Source of the DNA: Gemmatimonadota bacterium
Lineage (GTDB): Bacteria > Gemmatimonadota > Gemmatimonadetes > Gemmatimonadales > GWC2-71-9
Length of the DNA stretch: 64,000 nucleotides
Direction of reading: 5' to 3'
NCBI GenBank assembly: GCA_039586365.1
Contig: JBDHKN010000033.1
Coordinates: forward strand, 14,638-78,637
Shown here: positions 57,948 through 64,000 of the stretch, in pieces
Position numbering within the stretch: the stretch's first letter is position 1
How the letters are laid out: every line of letters starts with the position of its first letter
Made by a program: the position numbers and the translations under genes
Notes under the pieces: model-generated
Databases searched by the model: none
The model's input: the letters and a program-made list of their open reading frames with translations, nothing else
Told to the model about the DNA's origin: nothing

Positions 57948-60152
57948 CTATCTGCCTCTGAAGCCCTTCACGAGCTGACCAATCCGGAGCGGCGACAACC
58001 TCTCGCTACCGCCCTCGGCGAACTTGATACTCAAGTCCTCACCGGTCACCAGGACCCGATCGAACTCGGTCACGTAGGCTCTGAGTTCAGGCAACTGCTC
58101 CAGCACCTTGAAATAGGCATCGCTGAACGGAGCTATTTCCACTATGTCCAGCGTGTCAGCATGCCTCAGATCAGTCCAGATTCCCTGCTTCTCCAGGAAC
58201 AAGCGACCTGCCACGTGACGCGTGTTGGGACCCTGGGCGCGCTTCAGGATGTCCAACTCTGCCTCCTGCATCTCCATCTTGCTGCGGGCCTCACGGCGCA
58301 CGCGGGCCTGCTCGGCCGCGTTGACTGCAACTGCTCCGGAGGCGACAGCGGCTGGCACAGGAGCAGCCTGGTCACGAGCGGCACCCCTGCCATCGAAGAG
58401 GGCCACTTCCATCGGTTCCTGCACCAGGTACGAGGTGTATTCGCTCAGTAAGCCGTACCTGAGTGCCGTCTCCCGGATCTCCTGGATCAACTCCTCGTTC
58501 GGTCCGTTCAGGCGGACGGCCTGGGACAGGTACCCGATCTTGCGCGACGCCCAGAGCTGCGGTATGAAGTCGTTTCCCGGAGCGTGCGCGGGGAAACTCG
58601 CCTCGGTGCCAAACCGCTCCGCCCGATCGTTGCGTCGCCCCGTGACTACGATATCTCCGGTCCTGTCACGCCGAACGGCACGGTAGCGACCGAACACTAC
58701 CAGTTCCTCACCGGCAAACAGGTCGGGAAGACGCTCGGGGTACACCTCGGTCAGCTCGACCGGGCTGTCAGCCAGTTCCAGGTCGGCCAGGACCGGATGC
58801 TGAACCTTGGCCACCAGCAGGCCGACTGCGTCCTCGACGTCCTCCCCGGGCCGCACATATTGCGTGGCACCACGACCCGCGTCGGATAGCCGATCGAGCA
58901 GGAAGGTGTTAACGTCGTATCCGACGCCGAAGGCGAACACGCGAGCCTCGCCACGAGCACGCTCCGCCTGAGCCGCTAGGCGCTCAGGATTCTCCTCCCC
59001 GACCGAGGGGAGACCGTCAGTCAGGAAGATCACCAGTGGGAGGCGTCCTGCGCTGGTCTCCAGCCGGAACGCTTCGTCCAGCGCGCCCTCGATGTTTGTC
59101 CCGCCGTTAGCGGCGAGGCCGTCAATCCAGCGCCTGGCTTCGCTCACGTTGTCGGCCGTGGCTCGAGTCCATTCGCTTCGCTGAGTGGAAACCCTACTGC
59201 TGAATGCGATAAGGCGAAACCGATCGTCGGATCCGAGCGACGACAGCAACTGACGGAGTGCGGATCGCGCCTGCTCCAGCTTCTCACCTGACATCGATCC
59301 AGATACGTCAACGACCGCCGTGATGTCGCGTGGCAGCGTGGCACCGCGCACTACGCCCGGCGAAAGAGTGAGCATGAAGTAGCCGTCTTCGCTCGCTGGC
59401 CTGTGGGTTGCGAGCGTGATGCCCACCATCTCACGGGCGAACGGCAGAAACAGTACGAGGTCGCCACTCAGCTCGCCGTCCGGGCGGACGATGAGGCGGC
59501 CGTCCTCGCGCGATACCCTGAGTTCATGCGTCGGAGAGAACGGGTCGCGGAATGCGTCGCCGCTATCTGCCACTAACCGGAATGCGATCGGTGTCCGAGA
59601 CACGCTGCGCCAGGGACCGTGCCGGCGCTCCGGTGCTGGCGGAGCCAATGTGGTGGTTCCACCGGCCGCGTATTGGAATTGCAGCGCTTCCCCCGCCCGG
59701 TCCATCACCTGGGTGTAGCGCAGGGTGATCTTGCGCGTCTCGCCAGGATTAATCGGGAATACGCGAGCCCTGATGAGCCCGTGACCCACCATCTCGATCA
59801 GCGCGGGGTCTTTCTTGCGGCGGACAATCTCCTCATAGATCGCCCTGGCCCTGGCGGCGTCCATCGTCTCGCCCCGCAGTTCCTGGTCACCCTGGAATAG
59901 CGAGAAGTTGCTGAAAACGGCCTCGCCGGGCAGAGGGTAGATGTAATCTCCCTCGCCCAGTCGGCCGCCGCGATTCTCGAACCACTCTTCCACCTCGACC
60001 AGGGCAATCCTGCCCGTGACGTGCGCGGAGACGGACGTCCTGACCTTCACCACTCCCCCTTCAGGACGCCCCGGCATTGGCTCGATCCAACCCTGAGCCG
60101 CCACCGGGCCCGCTAACAGAGTAGCAACGGATAGTGCGAGTAAAGTGCGCAT
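57948..60152 (-). CDS. Secreted VIT + vWA domain protein (inter-alpha-trypsin inhibitor heavy chain-like)
   Basis: Signal peptide, VIT 'EGDYIYPLP...ARAIYEEIVRRKKDPALIE', MIDAS DVSGS/GGT/LTDG, 'FGVGYDVN', 'YTSYLV'. Confidence 0.92.
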   Translation of the reverse strand: MRTLLALSVATLLAGPVAAQGWIEPMPGRPEGGVVKVRTSVSAHVTGRIALVEVEEWFENRGGRLGEGDYIYPLPGEAVFSNFSLFQGDQELRGETMDAARARAIYEEIVRRKKDPALIEMVGHGLIRARVFPINPGETRKITLRYTQVMDRAGEALQFQYAAGGTTTLAPPAPERRHGPWRSVSRTPIAFRLVADSGDAFRDPFSPTHELRVSREDGRLIVRPDGELSGDLVLFLPFAREMVGITLATHRPASEDGYFMLTLSPGVVRGATLPRDITAVVDVSGSMSGEKLEQARSALRQLLSSLGSDDRFRLIAFSSRVSTQRSEWTRATADNVSEARRWIDGLAANGGTNIEGALDEAFRLETSAGRLPLVIFLTDGLPSVGEENPERLAAQAERARGEARVFAFGVGYDVNTFLLDRLSDAGRGATQYVRPGEDVEDAVGLLVAKVQHPVLADLELADSPVELTEVYPERLPDLFAGEELVVFGRYRAVRRDRTGDIVVTGRRNDRAERFGTEASFPAHAPGNDFIPQLWASRKIGYLSQAVRLNGPNEELIQEIRETALRYGLLSEYTSYLVQEPMEVALFDGRGAARDQAAPVPAAVASGAVAVNAAEQARVRREARSKMEMQEAELDILKRAQGPNTRHVAGRLFLEKQGIWTDLRHADTLDIVEIAPFSDAYFKVLEQLPELRAYVTEFDRVLVTGEDLSIKFAEGGSERLSPLRIGQLVKGFRGR

Positions 60153-60363
60153 GATGTCCTCTCAATTTGCTGTTCTACACTAGAGGACGAATTAAGGGCG
60201 CATGTTTGCACACAGGGTCGGGGGTCGGCTGGGGCAGGGTCTGGGGGTGCGGCGGGGTGGACGGCAGGAATGTCCGTAGATTGTCCACCCTGCGGAACCC
60301 TGAAACACCCGGCATGGTTGCTGGGTAATGAAAGGGCGGCGAAGTTACGCTAGCAACATTATG

Positions 60364-60417
60364 CTGCCAGCTAACAGCTGACAGGCAATAGCTGTCGGTA
60401 TTGGCAGCTAGCTGTCG
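60364..60417 (+). repeat. Degenerate CTGACAG-family heptamer tract
   Basis: CTGCCAG CTAACAG CTGACAG GCAATAG CTGTCGG ..., upstream of the ATG at 60446. Confidence 0.65.
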
Positions 60418-60445
60418 AGTTGTCCTGATACCTGACCCAAGGGGT

Positions 60446-62566
60446 ATGATGAGTCTGCTTACTGTGGCGAAGATCATTGGCAGGTTGAAACCGGTTCACT
60501 GGATTGCAGCGGCGCTCGTTGCTGCGACTATCTCGCTGCCGCCAGCTCTCTCCGTGGCGCAGCAGGTAGGACCCAGGGCATCGACTGCTGGTTGGACGAT
60601 GATTTCTCGCGCCCATGTTGATCTCTGGTTTCACGGACTCGCCGTGATCGGGTTCGATCAAGACGGGGAGTTACCCCTGTACAGCCCCGACTACGTTGCG
60701 AAGGTACGGGCCGCCAAGGAGGAAATGGGCATATACCCGACGGTGCTGGACAGCCTCGCTGAACGCTTGCTAGAAGATTTCGGGGAGGATCAGGCATTTC
60801 AGAACTTCCACTTTGTGCCGCTCTATTTCCCCAATGCCGACCGGGAAAGCATGTTCCGCGGTTTGAGGGCCGTTGCGGATCGGAGGTTCAGGGACACAAC
60901 GGTGGTGGGGCCCGACAATCGAGCAGGTGTCCGCTGGGGGGCTATCGAGTTCGAGGATAGGGGTGTGCGCGGCACACTGCGTCGCTTTCTCGACGCGCTC
61001 GACAACGAATGGGACGTGTTCTTCTCCGATTACTGGCAGCGCGAGATAGCGCTCGAACCTGGTGATGTCAGCGACATCGAGCGGCGCTGGGATGAAGACT
61101 TGGCTCCCGCGATCGCCGGTTTCCTGGGGGATCAGGGTCTCAAGGCTGGGATCGCTCTCGTTTCTCCGGTGCTGGGGCCCGAGGGACGACTGGTGCAAGG
61201 TGACGCCTTTCGGGGCATATCGGATGCGGTAGCTGTATGGTATCCGGACCGTGATGCACCTGATGCCAGTGCCTTCGCGGTGGTGCGCGAGCTTTGCTTC
61301 TCGATCATCGATGGTTCCGTCATCAATCCGAGAACGGTCAGGGGAGAGGATCCGGAGACGATGAGCGGGCGTGCGGCGGTCCACTGCGGTTCGCTGCTGC
61401 TGGACCGGGCCGACGCTGGGCTCGCCGAGCGGTATCAGCACCTCTTCCTGAGGGCATTGGGAGCTGATACAGCAGAGGCCGCTGTCACGGCTGCTTTCGA
61501 GGACCAGTACGCGGTGCCCGATCCTGTTCTGACGGCGATTCGTGCCAAGGTGTGGCCGGACGAAGTTGCGGCCTCTCTCAGGGCGACGCAGCCCGGCTGG
61601 TCGATCAAGTCGGGAGCGCAGGTGGATCTCTGGTTCCATTCGCTGGCAGTGATTGCCGCGGACGAGCCGGGCCCGCTTGGTCTGTACAGTGCGGACTACG
61701 CCCGGCGGATCCGCGAGCTCAAGCAGGAACGGGGCGTCTACCCCACGATGCTGGATTCACTTGGCACCAGGCTGCGGGAACAGATAGCCGACGAGAACAA
61801 CCTCGATGTGATCCATTTCATTCCGCTCTATTTCCCCCAGGCTGAGCCGGACAGAATGCTCCAGGCACTGGAAGCGGTAGCCGAACGACGAACCGAAAGT
61901 CCGGACTTGGCGGGACCCGACGTGCGTTCCGGGGTTCTCCTGTTCAGTCAAGTGTACGAGAGAGGGGGCTCCCGCCGACTGCTGAGATCTCTGGTACAGG
62001 CGATGCAAACTGAATGGGACGTGTTCTACCGCTCGTTCTGGGAGCAGATGCACGAGGAGCAGACGACCAGATACGACGCCATCCAGGCAGTCTGGGATTC
62101 TCTATTCGTGCCGCCGCTTGGCCCGTACCTCGAGCGCCGCAAGTTGACCGCAGGCACGGTCTTCCCATCCCCGGCGATTGGTCCTGAGGGACGAATAGTC
62201 GATGAAAGCGAGATCGACCCTCGCGACCAAGTTGTGTCCGTGCAGATGCCACTCTCATCGCAGGGCCCGGAAGCCAGTGTTTTTGCATTTCTCAAGGAAC
62301 TCTGTTTCTTGCTCGTAGACCCCAGCAACCTTGGGGTGCCCGCTGACGGTGGCGAGGATTTTGAGGATCTGCGGCGGCGCGTTGCGGTGCGCTGCGGACA
62401 CCTGGTGTTGCAGTTCTATGCGCCAACGTTGACTTCGGCATACCGACGAGTCTTCCTCGACGCGGTTGGTGCGGAGGAGAGTTCGACGGTGGACGCGTTC
62501 AACAGGGTGTATGCGCTGTCCCCCGAAGTGTTTGAGCGTCTCCGGGAACAGATTCGGCGCAGATAG
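60446..62566 (+). CDS. Exported hypothetical protein made of two homologous ~320-aa domains
   Basis: Signal peptide. Repeated motifs VDLWFH.LAVI, LYS.DY, G.YPT.LDSL, HF.PLYFP, EWDVF, GPEGR, ELCF and AV.CG occur in both halves. Confidence 0.8.
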   Translation: MMSLLTVAKIIGRLKPVHWIAAALVAATISLPPALSVAQQVGPRASTAGWTMISRAHVDLWFHGLAVIGFDQDGELPLYSPDYVAKVRAAKEEMGIYPTVLDSLAERLLEDFGEDQAFQNFHFVPLYFPNADRESMFRGLRAVADRRFRDTTVVGPDNRAGVRWGAIEFEDRGVRGTLRRFLDALDNEWDVFFSDYWQREIALEPGDVSDIERRWDEDLAPAIAGFLGDQGLKAGIALVSPVLGPEGRLVQGDAFRGISDAVAVWYPDRDAPDASAFAVVRELCFSIIDGSVINPRTVRGEDPETMSGRAAVHCGSLLLDRADAGLAERYQHLFLRALGADTAEAAVTAAFEDQYAVPDPVLTAIRAKVWPDEVAASLRATQPGWSIKSGAQVDLWFHSLAVIAADEPGPLGLYSADYARRIRELKQERGVYPTMLDSLGTRLREQIADENNLDVIHFIPLYFPQAEPDRMLQALEAVAERRTESPDLAGPDVRSGVLLFSQVYERGGSRRLLRSLVQAMQTEWDVFYRSFWEQMHEEQTTRYDAIQAVWDSLFVPPLGPYLERRKLTAGTVFPSPAIGPEGRIVDESEIDPRDQVVSVQMPLSSQGPEASVFAFLKELCFLLVDPSNLGVPADGGEDFEDLRRRVAVRCGHLVLQFYAPTLTSAYRRVFLDAVGAEESSTVDAFNRVYALSPEVFERLREQIRRR

Positions 62567-63301
62567 ATGCCACGCCGCCGACCACCGGTACCTGATCTCA
62601 CCTTCCCCAGCACGGGCAAGCCGTTCAGAAGCACGGTGGTATTCTCGCTGGCGATTCATGTACTGTTGCTGCTCTTGATTGTGTGGTCTGAAGTTCGGGA
62701 ATCGCAGCTGGGGACCGGAGAGCCCGGGCTCGCCGGAGGAGGCGGTGGAGGCTCGCCGCAGGTGGCCTACGTCGATATCTCGTCATTTGTGTCGTCCCCG
62801 GCACCGGTCCGGGTGCAGCAACCGGCAATCACAGTTCCGCGGGACCTCAAGTCGATCGCGCGGCCGGCTCCGCAGATCAAACAGTGGCGACCAGTGCGGC
62901 CCGTGGCACCCACGCTGAGTCGCAACGTGGGTGTCACTGGAGGTCCCGGCAGTGGGACGGGATCGGGTGGGGGGAAAGGTGCCGGTGTTGGGACCGGGGT
63001 GGGCGACAACATTGGTCCGGGTACCGGTGGTCCCGGTGCACCGGCTTATGCACCGGAGCCACGGTCGGTCATATACCCCATTGCGGAACCGCCGAACTCA
63101 CTCAGAGGGGAACTCATCTTGATTCATTTCTGGGTCGACAAGAGGGGCCGGGTCACCAAGGTGGAGCTGCAACCCGAGATCTCTGACAGAGCGTATCGCG
63201 AGAGTTTCCTGGAAAACATGTATCAGTGGGTGTTCTATCCGGCACGCATGGCTGATGGTACCCCGGTCGAAGGCGAGCTGATAGTCACGCACCAGCCGTA
63301 G
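62567..63301 (+). CDS. TonB-like protein (TM 'SLAIH', Gly/Pro-rich linker, TonB-C domain)
   Basis: S-x3-H TM motif, a GxG-rich linker and 'FWVDKRGRVTKV...FYPARMADGTPV'. Confidence 0.75.
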   Translation: MPRRRPPVPDLTFPSTGKPFRSTVVFSLAIHVLLLLLIVWSEVRESQLGTGEPGLAGGGGGGSPQVAYVDISSFVSSPAPVRVQQPAITVPRDLKSIARPAPQIKQWRPVRPVAPTLSRNVGVTGGPGSGTGSGGGKGAGVGTGVGDNIGPGTGGPGAPAYAPEPRSVIYPIAEPPNSLRGELILIHFWVDKRGRVTKVELQPEISDRAYRESFLENMYQWVFYPARMADGTPVEGELIVTHQP

Positions 63302-63433
63302 CGGGGCGTGCTGCCCGACGGTGAGTCGGCCTCGCTGAGACCCCGGCCTGGTGGCTGTGCCGCCGAGTGGGAAGTAGTATGGCGAGGTACCGCTAGCCTT
63401 CAGAGGGCGTAGTCGGGGATCTGCGGTGTTCGG

Positions 63434-64000
63434 TCACTTGCCACCCAGGGCACACTCGTTCCTGCCGATCTCCAGTTCCTCCGCTTCCAGTTCAGTGGCC
63501 ACCATCAGACCGACGTTGATTGCCTTGATCTTACGGTAGCCATCCGGAAACGGTGCTGTGGTGCCAGCGACCCATGCAATGAATTCATCTCGCTGGTTGG
63601 CCCGCAACACGTCATTCTCGGCTAGCAGCTCTCCAAAAGGTGCTCCCACCGCCCGGTCCTCACGGCGCTCGAGATCGGAAGCATAGTGAGCCGGATATAT
63701 CATCGTCTCTCGCCCCAGTACTTGCTTGGCTGCGACCACACTGTCCCACAGGAGTGCAGTCCACTCCCTCACTTTCCCGGCTAGATCGGGTCGACCGATC
63801 GACGCCGATCAGAAAGGTGAGGCTGCCTTCCGTGTGTCCGGGAGTATGCAGCGCACGAAGCCTACACGTCCCGAACTCGATGTGGCCGCCGTCTTCGAGC
63901 GGCTCGAAGTCAAAGCGCCCGGGGGTTTCGTTGTAGGGGTAGATGGAGTCGGCCGGGTGCAGATAGTAGGGCACTCCCATGGCTGCTGCCATGCTGCGTG
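63434..64000 (-). pseudogene. MBL-fold metallo-hydrolase (ETHE1/persulfide dioxygenase-like), 5' truncated by window, frameshifted near 63803
   Basis: 'ALHTPGHTEGSLTFLIG' in one frame and 'SIGRPDLAGK...IYPAH...N.CALG' in another. The intervening '...TGD.LF..' segment is absent. Confidence 0.8.

Noticed and set aside
60181..60212. ECF-type promoter (AAAC...CGTC) upstream of the VIT-vWA gene
   Set aside because: The spacer is 14 nt, shorter than the usual 16-17, so it cannot be supported without a comparative alignment.
62930..63040. GGN-rich repetitive DNA
   Set aside because: It encodes the Gly-rich linker of the TonB-like protein and is not an independent repeat element.
1..64000. Genome-wide TAG reassignment (code 15 or pyrrolysine)
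   Set aside because: Many conserved genes end at TAG at their expected C-termini (e.g. 604, 8856, 29741, 32757, 36401, 37658).

Overview
This is a GC-rich (roughly 60-65% by eye), gene-dense bacterial window. It is most likely Gemmatimonadota, inferred from the Hanks kinases with 'L..AL..(R/Q)Y..E.ELG.GGM' N-termini, the ACIII operon and the intergenic heptamer repeats. From left to right it contains: (1) an ABC-2 permease end; (2) a TetR-controlled TolC/MFP/RND efflux operon with a triple palindromic operator; (3) nitrilase, GT4 and a pseudokinase-kinase tandem protein, divergent from an FHA-FHA-TM-coiled-coil-trypsin protease; (4) a Dpp/Opp ABC transporter whose binding protein heads a ~12 kb tightly coupled operon of unknown pathway (GHMP kinase, heparinase II/III-like lyase, TrmJ, class-III aminotransferase, two amidohydrolases, divergent DapA-like and DHOD-like enzymes, OSBS/NAAAR enolase); (5) alternative complex III (actA-F) followed by xdhC; (6) a TonB-C/TPR lipoprotein; (7) an OPT/DUF1177/AroM/M29-like/DAACS/M14 peptide-catabolism cluster; (8) a kinase-TPR receptor; (9) a surface lipoprotein under a sigma54 promoter with a UAS and a CRP-like box; (10) a kinase-AAA-TPR protein; (11) VIT-vWA/ECF sigma/anti-sigma; (12) a duplicated-domain secreted protein with a TonB-C partner; (13) a truncated MBL-fold hydrolase. 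Five genes carry lesions (three short frameshifting deletions and two in-frame TAG codons), which may be assembly errors. No rRNA, tRNA, CRISPR array or transposase was seen. All product calls come from motif reading, not from database searches.
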